From: a virus
Lineage: Duplodnaviria > Caudoviricetes
DNA length: 62,352 bases
Strand: one strand, 5' to 3'
Virus record (IMG/VR): IMGVR_UViG_3300020021_000009
Coordinates: 1 to 62,352 of that record
This document shows positions 19,731 to 29,555 of this stretch, in pieces; within the stretch, counting starts at the first letter, position 1; each line of letters starts with the position of its first letter. Made by a program: the position numbers and the translations under genes. Under the pieces are notes generated by a model. It was not told the DNA's origin. It saw only the letters and a program-made list of their open reading frames with translations, and made no database searches.

Positions 19731-20228
19731 TCACGTGGTGAAGGCGAAGACCCCGGAGGCGGACCAGTTGAGCGAGAATGTTCCGGCGGTGACGGACTGC
19801 GACCCGCCGAAGTAGTTGTAGCAGACGGCCTGCTTGGCCACCGTGCCGCCACTGATCGTGTCGTCGTAGACCAGGCAGCCGAAGATCCCCGCCATGGTCA
19901 CGGACGCGGACCCGGCCAGGTTGGCAGCCGCGTAGGTGACGATCCCGCCCGCGGTCTTGGTCATCGTGTCCGTCGCCAGTGCCCGGCCCCCGGCGACCCA
20001 CTCACTGGCTCCGGTCACCTCGTTGGCGGTAACCCACTGCCCGGTGTTGTAGCCGGTGGCGGTGACCGCCGCGTCACGGTCGGGCGTCCCGGTGTTGCCG
20101 AAGAGCGCGGCCTTGACCGTGTCGGTCAGCAGGTCCGTGTACGAGGTGGGAGCGGTCCCCTGCTTGAGCATGGGGTTGTAGACCCACTCCCGGAAGATCC
20201 GGCTGTCCCCGGTTGCCGACCAGCTCAT
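19731..20228 (-). CDS. virion structural protein
   Basis: DTVKAALF...GGRAL...LVYDDT...GTFSLNWSASGVF. Confidence 0.7.
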   Translation of the reverse strand: MSWSATGDSRIFREWVYNPMLKQGTAPTSYTDLLTDTVKAALFGNTGTPDRDAAVTATGYNTGQWVTANEVTGASEWVAGGRALATDTMTKTAGGIVTYAAANLAGSASVTMAGIFGCLVYDDTISGGTVAKQAVCYNYFGGSQSVTAGTFSLNWSASGVFAFTT

Positions 20229-20536
20229 GAGGTACCTGCTCCCCGTGCCGTGGGCACGTTCACCATCACGTCGTTGGACCCGTCGGGGCGCTCGGTCACC
20301 ACGGCCATGACCGGGCGGCCGTCGGCGTCCGACTGGACCGCCTCCCGGCCCACGTAGTCCTCGCGCAGCACGGCGGTGACGCGGGCACCGGACCCGACCG
20401 GGACCAGGGGCGCGGTCAGTCCGCCCATCCCTGCGCACGGGTGGAACCGGTTGGATTGCCCGGTCGTGCAGTCGGTCACCGTGCAGTTCGGGCACTCCCA
20501 GAACTGCTGCGGGGGCTGGAGCAGGACGCCGCGCAT
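20225..20536 (-). CDS. small Cys-rich protein
   Basis: WECPNC...RFHPC; coupled to neighbours on both sides. Confidence 0.6.
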   Translation of the reverse strand: MRGVLLQPPQQFWECPNCTVTDCTTGQSNRFHPCAGMGGLTAPLVPVGSGARVTAVLREDYVGREAVQSDADGRPVMAVVTERPDGSNDVMVNVPTARGAGTS

Positions 20537-21225
20537 CACAGCGTGCTGGGCGAGCAGGCGGCGGAGGGCGGAGGCGTGGTGGTCACGTTCCAGAACCAAT
20601 GCTGGAGGGACGTGGCGACGAATCCGGCGGGCATCCAGGACGTGGTCCCGGGGCCGTCGCCCCACCCGATCGTGGCGACGGCGGAGGCGCCCCGCGTCTG
20701 CCCGATCATCTGGAGCGTGGACCGCGCGTTGGCGATCGTGTAGCCGCCCAGTTTCGCCGACCCGACGTTGGGCCAGGCGTTGTAGATGTAACGCTGGAGG
20801 CCGCTGGTCGGGTCGCACGCCCCGGAGCCCGCCACCTGCTGCCAGCACTCCAGGGACCACCGGTTAGTGGCGGTGCCCTCCACGGCTGCGAAGCCGGTCC
20901 CGGTGGCCCCGGCCCCGGTGGTCAGCTCCTGCATGGACGCCATCCACGCCGCGCCGGTCTGGTTGACCTCGCAGAAGTCCATCGTGAGCTGGAACCGCTT
21001 GAGTGTCGGGTCGTCCATCTGGTTGACGCACACGGAGCCGTCCGCAGTGCGCTCGAAGAACTCCACACCATCCTCGTACTGCGGGTCCTGCTGGATCTGC
21101 ACGAACCCCTTGGACACGATGACCATGGAACCCGCACCGGTCACCGGGGACCCGCAGGTGTCCAGCTTGATCAGTCGGTACATGCTGCCCTTGATCGGGG
21201 TCACGCATGTGGCGGTGGCGGACAT
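20536..21225 (-). CDS. major tail protein
   Basis: RLIKLDTCG...DGSVCV...DFCEVN; actinophage cluster-B-like type and position. Confidence 0.75.
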   Translation of the reverse strand: MSATATCVTPIKGSMYRLIKLDTCGSPVTGAGSMVIVSKGFVQIQQDPQYEDGVEFFERTADGSVCVNQMDDPTLKRFQLTMDFCEVNQTGAAWMASMQELTTGAGATGTGFAAVEGTATNRWSLECWQQVAGSGACDPTSGLQRYIYNAWPNVGSAKLGGYTIANARSTLQMIGQTRGASAVATIGWGDGPGTTSWMPAGFVATSLQHWFWNVTTTPPPSAACSPSTL

Positions 21226-21267
21226 TCAGTCACCCCTCTCTGGGGTCAGACGGTGGGAGGGGCGACA

Positions 21268-22176
21268 TCAGATGCTCCCGCCCCCGGTGGCAGGGACGCC
21301 CGTGGCGATCTGGGCCGCGAGCAGGCAGCACTCGTAACCCAGTACATAGGTGCGCTGGGCGATGGAGTGAATCGTGTTCTTGGCCTTGTCCAGGGTTTCC
21401 GGGACGGGCCAGGACGTGACATCGGACCGGTAGCCGAAGACGGCCCCGGTGGCGTAGATCCAGGACTGGCCGGCGGCCGGCGCGGTGCCGTCCGGCCCGG
21501 TGCCCGGGTAGCCGCCGCCGGGGACGACCAGGTTCCCGGCGGCGGTGTACAGCTTCCCGTCCACGTCGTGGACCAGGGACCAGGCCACGAACGTGGGCAG
21601 TGCGCGGCGCGGGATATGGATGACACCCTTGCCGCCGTAGCAGGCGGCCAGCTGACCCTCCAGCTGACCGAGCGAGTCCGTGACGTCCACACCGGTCCCG
21701 GACACGACGACGGACGCCGCGCTCTGGAGCAGGATCGCATCCTTGTCCAGGGTCTGCGCGTTGGCCGCGAGGTGCGGCCACACCACCTGCTGGGATCCGG
21801 CGATCCCGGTCCAGAAGGCGTTCTCCACGGCGTAGGACTCCAGCCGGGCGATCGCGGACCGGGCCAGGTCGGTGTCCTGGAGCCCGACCGGGGAGCAGTC
21901 GAATTCGGCGTAGACCGTGAACGGGGTGCCGCCCCGGTTGTGCTGCACGACGTTGCCCCCGGCGGGCAGCGTCGGGAACGGCGGCGGGGAGCCGGTGCCC
22001 GTGACGGCAATGCACTCGTCATAGAGCGTGTCCGGGACCTGCGGGCACCACTCCTGCCAGGTGATCCCGTTCTGCCAGTGCGGCCCGTCGGTCGTGGGCT
22101 GCTGCACCGCGTCCCACAGCGCGTAGGGGAGCGGCTCGAAACTCGGTCCGGTGACGATCAGGCGGGGTCCGGCCAC
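21268..22176 (-). CDS. second capsid protein (major capsid pentamer-like)
   Basis: HWQNGI..PFTVYA..DCS..G..E..FW..GVIH..GGGY..YATG..AQRTY; follows MCP. Confidence 0.75.
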   Translation of the reverse strand: MAGPRLIVTGPSFEPLPYALWDAVQQPTTDGPHWQNGITWQEWCPQVPDTLYDECIAVTGTGSPPPFPTLPAGGNVVQHNRGGTPFTVYAEFDCSPVGLQDTDLARSAIARLESYAVENAFWTGIAGSQQVVWPHLAANAQTLDKDAILLQSAASVVVSGTGVDVTDSLGQLEGQLAACYGGKGVIHIPRRALPTFVAWSLVHDVDGKLYTAAGNLVVPGGGYPGTGPDGTAPAAGQSWIYATGAVFGYRSDVTSWPVPETLDKAKNTIHSIAQRTYVLGYECCLLAAQIATGVPATGGGSI

Positions 22177-22216
22177 GGCCGCCTCCTCTCAAGCGTGGGG
22201 GTGAGGAGCGGACGGA

Positions 22217-24004
22217 TCAGAGCTGGCCGGCTGCGTCCAGGGTGCGGCCCAGGACTCCCTGCCCGCTCACCTGGAAGTTGGCGGTGTAGCGACGGCTCTC
22301 GTGGCCCACCTTGGCGATCAGGTGCGCCTCTTCCATCCACGCGGCGGTGAAGTCGTTCTCTGCGTTCAGGACGGAGTCACGGACGACGCCCAGGTCCAGG
22401 GAGAGCCCGGTCCCGTGCACGAACGTGCCCGCCGCGAACAGCATGAAGTCCACGGATACCGGCCACAGGCCCATGTTGGCGGCGGACCGGCCGAACTGGT
22501 TCGCCCCGCGGACCTGCCAGTCGGACACGAACTGGGGGGCGATCCCGCGCGTGGTGAAGTAGCCGCGGATCTCGGCGTCGCTGACGTCCTGGAGTTCGAC
22601 GGCCGTCCTCCAGGCCAGGTCCGCACGGATGACCGCGAGGATCCAGCGGGGGATGACCAGCTCCAGGATCGCGTCGTCCGCCATGGCGAACTTGTTGCGG
22701 TAGTCCGTGGCCGCGAGCTCCACCCCGTCCAGGATGGTGTTGAACGCGCTCTGGGTGGTGATGGTCGTGGGGATCGCGATCGCGCCTGTGGAGGCCGCGA
22801 GCATGAGCGCGATCAGGCGGGCGTTCACGCTGTGCGCGTAGGCGTTGCGGATCAGCCGCAGGAAGTTCTGGGTGGCCTCCGGGTACGCGCTGTCCGTCAG
22901 GTTCCCGGCGGTCAGCGTGATGCCGTACAACTCCAGCCGCTGAGTGTTGAAGGTGGCGCACGGCACCCGGAGCGTGGGCTTGTTCACGGAGCCGGTGACG
23001 GTGGCGATGTCGTCGGCCTCCGACCACAGCCACGGCACGGTGGCGTTGGTCATCGGGAAGGCGAACCCACCCATGCCGGACGCCGCGTTGGAGGCCCCGG
23101 AGGTGTAGAAGATATCCGCGATGGACGGGCTGACCGGGTACTGGAGGCCGCCGCGCGAGATCCCCAGCGTCGGCAGGTCGATAATCCCGGACGGCACGTC
23201 CGAGATGTTGAACAGGTCGTAGCGGATCTCGGACGGGGCGCACCATCCGCCGCCCGCGAGAAGCGACTCCTGACGGTCCTTCTTGGTGAGCTCGCGGATG
23301 ATGGACTCCACCTGACTGGGCGGGGTCCGGTCGTCCACGGTGTGCGCGAACTCGTTGCGGATGGAGGCCACCGGGTAGCGCGGGGTGCCCTCACCGAGAC
23401 GCATCTCCGGCAGGCTGGACGCGCGGGTCTGGACGGCGTCCACCAGGGCGTCCATGTCCGGGATCTCGGCACCCGCGGTGAGTGAACGCTTGGGGATGTC
23501 CACGCTGGTGGTCATCGTGAGCGTGGTCCGCTTGGCCGCGATGGCGGGGTCAGGGGCGTGGCCGGCAGCGGCGGACAGGGACGCGAGCTGCTTCCCGCCC
23601 TGCCCCATCCGGCTTCCGAAGATCTTGACGAACGAGTCCGTGACGCCCTGCGCTGCGGCAGCCGCGACGGCTGCCATGTCCGTGGTGCCGTCGCCGGTCG
23701 CGGTGGTCTCCGCCTCACCGGGGCCGTTCACCCGCGCCGCGAGGCGCTCCATGGTGGCGTTGGCGCCGTCGCGCTCCGACTCGGAGGCCATGGTGGCGCG
23801 CAGCGCGCGGGCCGCCTGCTCCGCCCGGATCGCGTCCAGGTCGCCGGCCAGCGTCTCCGCATAGGCCAGTACCTCCGCCGTCCAGTTGTCGGAGTCCGCG
23901 TGGACCCGGGTGAACTCCGCCGACGCCTGGTCGTGGGCCGCGCTGAGATCGGCCTCACTCAGGAGCGGGAGGTTCTCCGGACGTGTGAACAGTTCTCCAG
24001 CCAC
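22217..24004 (-). CDS. major capsid (hexamer) protein with N-terminal scaffold-like region
   Basis: SLLAGGGWCAPSEIRYD...DLP...RGG...LDLGVVRDS.LN..ND...EE. Confidence 0.88.
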   Translation of the reverse strand: MAGELFTRPENLPLLSEADLSAAHDQASAEFTRVHADSDNWTAEVLAYAETLAGDLDAIRAEQAARALRATMASESERDGANATMERLAARVNGPGEAETTATGDGTTDMAAVAAAAAQGVTDSFVKIFGSRMGQGGKQLASLSAAAGHAPDPAIAAKRTTLTMTTSVDIPKRSLTAGAEIPDMDALVDAVQTRASSLPEMRLGEGTPRYPVASIRNEFAHTVDDRTPPSQVESIIRELTKKDRQESLLAGGGWCAPSEIRYDLFNISDVPSGIIDLPTLGISRGGLQYPVSPSIADIFYTSGASNAASGMGGFAFPMTNATVPWLWSEADDIATVTGSVNKPTLRVPCATFNTQRLELYGITLTAGNLTDSAYPEATQNFLRLIRNAYAHSVNARLIALMLAASTGAIAIPTTITTQSAFNTILDGVELAATDYRNKFAMADDAILELVIPRWILAVIRADLAWRTAVELQDVSDAEIRGYFTTRGIAPQFVSDWQVRGANQFGRSAANMGLWPVSVDFMLFAAGTFVHGTGLSLDLGVVRDSVLNAENDFTAAWMEEAHLIAKVGHESRRYTANFQVSGQGVLGRTLDAAGQL

Positions 24005-24102
24005 GGAATGGCCTCCCTAACCGTCAGCCGCGCAAGGCGGGGTGTGGCCGAACCGTAGCACCGATCATGGAAAACGTCACACACCGCGCATTTCACCTTA
24101 TT

Positions 24103-24116
24103 GATTCGATTAAATG
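24103..24116. promoter_or_regulatory. degenerate operator-like site upstream of capsid gene
   Basis: CATTTAATCGAATC on the minus strand. Confidence 0.55.
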
Positions 24117-24119
24117 AAA

Positions 24120-24148
24120 GGACCGGCCTGCGATTCGCAGGCCGGTCC
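24120..24148 (-). terminator. intrinsic terminator
   Basis: GGACCGGCCTGCGA-T-TCGCAGGCCGGTCC followed on the minus strand by TTTCATTT. Confidence 0.75.
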
Positions 24149-24163
24149 CGGGTCGTGCTCGGA

Positions 24164-24238
24164 TCACTTCGCAGGGGGCTCGACCGGGGCCGGAACCTGC
24201 GGAGGGGGCGGGGGCTGCTGTCCACCGCAACCGCACAT
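24164..24238 (-). CDS. 24-aa peptide MCGCGGQQPPPPPQVPAPVEPPAK
   Basis: AAGGAG RBS; lies between protease and capsid genes. Confidence 0.55.
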   Translation of the reverse strand: MCGCGGQQPPPPPQVPAPVEPPAK

Positions 24239-24243
24239 GTGGA

Positions 24244-27200
24244 TCACTCTCCTTCGACGCGTCGTGCCAGGACAGCCATGCGCTCGCGCATCTCCGCCCG
24301 GTCCCTGTCTGCCTGACTCATACCCGGTGCCATGGTAGGCGCACCCGCCGCCACCAGGGCCACGGGCTGCCCGGACGCGGTGAGCAGCGCGGGCCTGGGA
24401 ACCGGGAAGCCGGGCACGTTGACGGCCAGCAACCCGACCAACCGGAGCTTGCCGCCGATCCGCCGCCAGTCCCCGGACACCTGCCCGGATGCCCGGAGCT
24501 CGGAGACCAGGCCGGGGTCCGCTCCCGCGCGGACCGAGCCGGCCACCCATATCCCGTGCGCGTCGTTGCCCACGGCCACGTCCGCGATCGCGGTCCCGGT
24601 GTTGTCGTAGTGCGCGGCGGCGGCCTGGTGCCCCGCCGACAGTGCCGCGTGCCCGGTCCCCAGCGTGATCTGCCCGACGCTGACCGAGCGGCCGTCCTCG
24701 GTGGAGAGCTCCCCGGTCAGGTAGTAGGCGTGCTCGTTCTCGCGCGGGGGCTTGACACACTCCCCGCCCAGGCCGATGTGACAGGTGGACCAGGTGGCCG
24801 CGTGCCCGTACACCCGTCCGCCCGCGTCCACCGTGATCGGGGTGGGCAGCGACAGCCCGGGGTCCGCGAACCAGGCGGCGGGCGGGGCAGCGGGGGCGCC
24901 GTGGGCGGTGACGGCCCGCTGCCCGGTGACCGGCTGCGCGTCGGCCCAGGCCTGCGCGTCCATCGCCCCGCCCGCCGTGACCGCGCCCGTGTCGTCGGTC
25001 AGCGCGATGTACGCCTCTGCAAACGCCGGGATGTCGCACAGCGTGGCGGCCCGGATCCGGCCCCCGTGAAAGATCATCTTCTCCGGGGACGCGAACAGCA
25101 TGGCGAACAGGTCGTCGTCGTCCCCGCCGTCGCCGTCGCCCTCCGGCCAGACGTACTCCACCTGCGCGTCCCCGATGGAGTCCGCGTCGATCGAAACCCC
25201 GCGCAGGAAGTTGCCCGCGATCTTGTCCCGGGCCGCCACACCGTTCGGGTCAGACAGGTCCAGGACACCGGTCGCACGCAACTCGCTGCCCACCCGCTCA
25301 ATGGTGTCGATCCGGCCCACGTTGACGGCCACCGTCCGGGGTTCGCCCCCGTGGGAGTCCTCGATGTTCCAGCGCAGCGGCACCGGGAGCTCGGACCAGG
25401 TGAGCGCGTCCGGGGCGAACTCGCGCCCGTCCCCGGTCGTCACACCCTCCACGGCGAGCACCCCGGACCACGGGGCCGTGGGTGCGTCCGGTGCGATCAG
25501 TGTGTCGGGCCCTGCCGTCTGCGCGGCCAGCTGCTCCACGGTCGCGGCGGCTGCCGTCACGCATCCGTCCCCGTCGGGGTCGCGGACCATGCCCGGCGGG
25601 CAGGCGGGCTGCTTGTCGCCCGGGGACCAGCCTGCGGGCACGCACCCGTCGCCGGCAGGGTCCGGCCCCCAGCCGTCGGGGCAGGTGACGGCGGCAGCGG
25701 TGGCGGATGCGGTGAGCGAAGGAGGCACGTCTTCCCCTAGCGAGTGGTAGTGGCCGCGCAGGTGGGCCTTGGCCCGGCTCACGGCTTCGGGACTGTGCCC
25801 CTTGAGCGAGCCCGCGCGCGAGGCGGCGGCATGCAGACCGGCCACGTTCAGCGCGCCCGTGGGCTCGTGGTGCGGCAGGAAACAGCGCTCCTTCACCGTG
25901 CCGTCCCCGGGGTCGCAGGCGGCGGACGCCGTCTGGTACTGCTTGTCGTCGAACCGGGACGCGGCCCCGTCCCAGGGACCGGTGTCCTTGGACGTGGACG
26001 CGCCGAAGTGCTCGTCGTCCGGGCAGGTGGGGCAGGGCTCGTTGGTCGCCGTGGCAGGGTTCTCCTCCAGCCGCCTGTCCCGCTTGGTGCCCTTGGACGG
26101 CTTACCGCCCAGCTCCGTGGCCGTGGCCATGTCGTCCGTCCTCTCCTCGGCAGCGGCCGTGATGCCACTGCCCCACACCGCGATGACCAGGCCCCGGCAG
26201 CGGTCCCCGCCCAGGCAGTCCCGGTACCCCTCCGTCGGGTACGCCTCCCCCGCCAGGAGCAGCGTCGGGAACTGCTTACCGTCCACCTCCCGGCACGGCC
26301 GGCACGTGTTGCCGTCCAGGATCTCCGAACTGTAGTAGTCCGCTTTCGGGGCGACGTCCAGGACGGCCATCCGCCCGGCGTTCTGCGCGGCCGTGACCGA
26401 CGCGCCCAGCTGCTCCCGGGTGAAGGCGTCGGACAGGTCAGCCAGGTACTGGTCCACCTCGCTGGCCAGCCGGATCCCGTCGTACACCCCGAACAGGGAG
26501 CGGGCCCGCTGCCGCGCGGCGTTGACCATGCGCGATCCCAGCACGTCGGAGGTGACGGAGGCGACGTTGCGTAGCAGCCGCCGACCGGACAGCCCGGCCG
26601 CGGTGACCGCGTCGGCCCCCAGGTCCCAGTGCGGGACGGTGGCCCCCTGCCGCTCAGCCTCCGCCTGCTGTGCCTTACCGGCGGCCATCGCGGCAGCCTC
26701 CATGCGGGCGTACAGCAGTGACGCTCCGTGAGCGGTGGACACGGAGAGCGACGACAGTTCGGGGGCGGTGTCCGCGGTCAGCATCTGCTGCCGGATCTCG
26801 TTGCGCCATCCTGCGGAGACCTGGGCCCAGTCGTGCACGGAGGCGTCCACGGCGGACGTCCACCCGGCCTGGTGAGCGGAGAAGTCACAGGTACTGGCCA
26901 GCTCGACCGGTGTGAGCTTCCTGCGCAGCACGGTCCCGGAAGCGGTCATCGGACTGTCGTCCGGGTCCGTGCTGCCGTCCAGGGGGATGTCCGTGTTCTG
27001 GTCGCCGAAGCTGACCCGTACCCGGTCGAACGTCACCGGCCCCAGGCGCTGCTCCATGGCCGGGACCATCGTCTGGTCATCGGTGTACTGCGCGCAGACG
27101 TGCGCCACCCAGGGGGTGTGCTGTGCGGACAGTTCCGGCTGGTCGTGCATGTCCTCCAGCGCCATGACCGCGCCCAGGTGCGCCGCGTCCAGGCTCTGGC

Positions 27201-27519
27201 CGCTGTCCGGGCCGTCGCCCACAGACCAGACCCAGGAGGCCGCGTCACCGTCACCGTTCCAGTGCGCCACCCCGAAGACGTCGGCCTGGACCGGGGCCGT
27301 GCCGTCGAACGAATCGTGCAGCCCCTGGACAAGGTCCGCACGCATGTCCGGGGTCCAGGCAGTGGCGTCCGGACCCAGGTAGAACAGGGTGCAGTGGAGT
27401 TCGCCCGGTGCCTCACCCCCGTCCACGGCCAGCGCCTTGGCGTCGGCGACCGTGGGCATGAGAGCGATCATGCAGCCGGACGTGTGGCTGCCGTCGGCCG
27501 CCGCCAGGAGGTCAGGCAC
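24244..27519 (-). CDS. fusion of 2H-phosphoesterase-like domain, MuF-like minor head domain and capsid maturation protease
   Basis: LHCTLFYLG / WVAHVC; ILDGNTCRPC..DG..CLGGDRCRG; EGVTTGDGR...GVSID...IPAF. Confidence 0.8.
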   Translation of the reverse strand: MPDLLAAADGSHTSGCMIALMPTVADAKALAVDGGEAPGELHCTLFYLGPDATAWTPDMRADLVQGLHDSFDGTAPVQADVFGVAHWNGDGDAASWVWSVGDGPDSGQSLDAAHLGAVMALEDMHDQPELSAQHTPWVAHVCAQYTDDQTMVPAMEQRLGPVTFDRVRVSFGDQNTDIPLDGSTDPDDSPMTASGTVLRRKLTPVELASTCDFSAHQAGWTSAVDASVHDWAQVSAGWRNEIRQQMLTADTAPELSSLSVSTAHGASLLYARMEAAAMAAGKAQQAEAERQGATVPHWDLGADAVTAAGLSGRRLLRNVASVTSDVLGSRMVNAARQRARSLFGVYDGIRLASEVDQYLADLSDAFTREQLGASVTAAQNAGRMAVLDVAPKADYYSSEILDGNTCRPCREVDGKQFPTLLLAGEAYPTEGYRDCLGGDRCRGLVIAVWGSGITAAAEERTDDMATATELGGKPSKGTKRDRRLEENPATATNEPCPTCPDDEHFGASTSKDTGPWDGAASRFDDKQYQTASAACDPGDGTVKERCFLPHHEPTGALNVAGLHAAASRAGSLKGHSPEAVSRAKAHLRGHYHSLGEDVPPSLTASATAAAVTCPDGWGPDPAGDGCVPAGWSPGDKQPACPPGMVRDPDGDGCVTAAAATVEQLAAQTAGPDTLIAPDAPTAPWSGVLAVEGVTTGDGREFAPDALTWSELPVPLRWNIEDSHGGEPRTVAVNVGRIDTIERVGSELRATGVLDLSDPNGVAARDKIAGNFLRGVSIDADSIGDAQVEYVWPEGDGDGGDDDDLFAMLFASPEKMIFHGGRIRAATLCDIPAFAEAYIALTDDTGAVTAGGAMDAQAWADAQPVTGQRAVTAHGAPAAPPAAWFADPGLSLPTPITVDAGGRVYGHAATWSTCHIGLGGECVKPPRENEHAYYLTGELSTEDGRSVSVGQITLGTGHAALSAGHQAAAAHYDNTGTAIADVAVGNDAHGIWVAGSVRAGADPGLVSELRASGQVSGDWRRIGGKLRLVGLLAVNVPGFPVPRPALLTASGQPVALVAAGAPTMAPGMSQADRDRAEMRERMAVLARRVEGE

Positions 27520-29308
27520 TGGGCACCGGCTTCCGGGACGGGGACAGCACGGTGGGCACCAGGACGGACGTGTCCAGGTACAGGTCCCGGTCCCCGACCA
27601 CTACACGGCCGAAGACGTCCAGCGTGATCCGGTACGCACCCGGCGCACCGGGCGTGCCCGCCGGGGCGTTGCGCATCACGGCGTGGGTGTGCGGGCAGGA
27701 GTACGCCCCGGACTCGCACACGTCGGGGTGGAACAGGGCCCAACGCCCGTCCGCGAGGAACCGGGCGTGGTGCGCGGTCCGCGCCTGGACCGACCTGCGC
27801 ATCCGGGCGTTGGCCGCCGCCTGCGCGGGCGGGCCCTTGGCCGGAACTGGCGGAGCAGCGGCCGGAGCCGGTGGCGGTGTCTTCTCGGAGGGCAGCGGCT
27901 CCTGTCCCGGGGGTGCCACCGGTCCCTGGGGAGCGGCAGCCGCACCGGGTCCCTGGGTCGCGGGGATGACCACCTGGCGTCCGACCAGAGCGTCCAGCGC
28001 ACCGGGGGCCGCACCGTGGCTGTCCCGGATCAGCGCCTTGAGCCCCATCTGCTCCAGGTCGCCCGTGGTCGGGCGGTCGTCGTCGTTGTAGCCCATCTCC
28101 CGGCGGAAGGCGTCCCCGCTGATCTCCATCCGGTCGTACGCGCTGACCGCGTTGGCGGAGCCGTCGGGACGCAGCGTCAGTTCCGACATGTCGTACCAGG
28201 TGACGAACGCGGCGGGGTCGGTCCCGGACGCTGCCAGCCGGGGCTGGAGGTAGCCGGTCGTGATCGCGGAACAGATCTGCTCCACGACCGGGGCGATGTG
28301 TGCCTTGAGTCCGCTCTCCTCCACCGCCCACGCGGTCCAGTGGTTCGTGTCGCCCAGTCCCAGCATCACGTCCGAGGGGATATCCATGATCGTGGCCAGG
28401 CGGCGGATCGCCTGGTCCCGCTTCTCCAGGATCTTGTCGTCGATCCGCAACGAGAAGTCCACGAACTTGATCTTGTCCACCAGTTCGGCAGGGACCTTGA
28501 TCGGGATCGGGATCGCCGCCCGCGCCGTGCCCGGGGACGAGATCCCGGTGGCCGCGATCTCGATCCACTCCATGGTGAACGGATCCTCTGCGTCCGCGAA
28601 CTCCTCACGGACCGGGAACTCCATCTCGTCCGGGAAGACCACCATGCCAGACGACGCGAGCCTGGACAGGTACTGGGCCGTGATGTGGCGGTTGACCAGC
28701 TCCAGCTCCCGCATCACGGTCAGGGCCGCGCGGGCGGGGCTGTCGGCCAGGTGGTACCAGCGGTCATGCGGACGCCACACGCGGACCGGGATCGAGTCCA
28801 GGGCGAGGTCGCGCCACTTGGCCCCGGTGTTCACCGTGTCCTCATCCATGACCTGGTACCTGCCGCCCTGGGCCCGTACCTCGTCCACGGACCGGACCTG
28901 CCAGGTGGACACACCCCTGACCGTCTCGCCGATCAGGTAGCCCTCACCGGGCACCGACAGCTGGACCACGAGGCGCCGCAGGATCTCCGCCTTGCCCCCG
29001 ATGCCGTTGCCGAGCTGGGCCATCGCCTCCGCCGGCAGGCCGGTGTCCACGATGGACGGTTCGTCGGAGGCCGGGTCCAGCTCGCCGGCCCGCAGCCGGA
29101 CACGGGAGATCATGTTGGCGAGCCAGTTCACGCCGTAGCGGAACTCACCCAGGGTGTCGTAGTAGGTCCACGCCTCGTTCTGCCAGCGGTCCGGGACCCG
29201 GATGTACTGCGCGAGCGGGGCGGCGGCGGGGACGGCTGCGGCGGTCAGTGCCGCGGGCTCCGCCGGGGGCGTCTGCCTGCGGCCGGTGAACACGTCGTAC
29301 CACGCCAT
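27512..29308 (-). CDS. portal protein
   Basis: WQNEAW.YYD..GEF...SRVRL...VPGE...RVWRPH...ADSP...NHWTAW. Confidence 0.88.
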   Translation of the reverse strand: MAWYDVFTGRRQTPPAEPAALTAAAVPAAAPLAQYIRVPDRWQNEAWTYYDTLGEFRYGVNWLANMISRVRLRAGELDPASDEPSIVDTGLPAEAMAQLGNGIGGKAEILRRLVVQLSVPGEGYLIGETVRGVSTWQVRSVDEVRAQGGRYQVMDEDTVNTGAKWRDLALDSIPVRVWRPHDRWYHLADSPARAALTVMRELELVNRHITAQYLSRLASSGMVVFPDEMEFPVREEFADAEDPFTMEWIEIAATGISSPGTARAAIPIPIKVPAELVDKIKFVDFSLRIDDKILEKRDQAIRRLATIMDIPSDVMLGLGDTNHWTAWAVEESGLKAHIAPVVEQICSAITTGYLQPRLAASGTDPAAFVTWYDMSELTLRPDGSANAVSAYDRMEISGDAFRREMGYNDDDRPTTGDLEQMGLKALIRDSHGAAPGALDALVGRQVVIPATQGPGAAAAPQGPVAPPGQEPLPSEKTPPPAPAAAPPVPAKGPPAQAAANARMRRSVQARTAHHARFLADGRWALFHPDVCESGAYSCPHTHAVMRNAPAGTPGAPGAYRITLDVFGRVVVGDRDLYLDTSVLVPTVLSPSRKPVPSA

Positions 29309-29375
29309 GGCGGCCTCCGTCCGGGTCGGATGGGGATCACGGTACCGCCATCGTCCCCGGACGGCCGCCGACCGG

Positions 29376-29555
29376 CTACGGCGCCGCGTCCGCCGCAGTG
29401 TCCGCCGTGCCTCCGGGGCACGTCTCCGTACCGCCCCCTGTCGCCCGCGAGTGCTTCAAGATCAGCACCGTGGGGCGGACCAGCGGCACCGTGGACCCGC
29501 GCACATCCCCGCAGGACGGGCAGTACAGCCGCATCACGACCCGCTTCCTGCTCAC
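29376..29555 (-). CDS. 59-aa zinc-finger-like protein (not in ORF track)
   Basis: GTGA coupling; LYCPSCG...KH...CPG. Confidence 0.5.
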   Translation of the reverse strand: MSRKRVVMRLYCPSCGDVRGSTVPLVRPTVLILKHSRATGGGTETCPGGTADTAADAAP

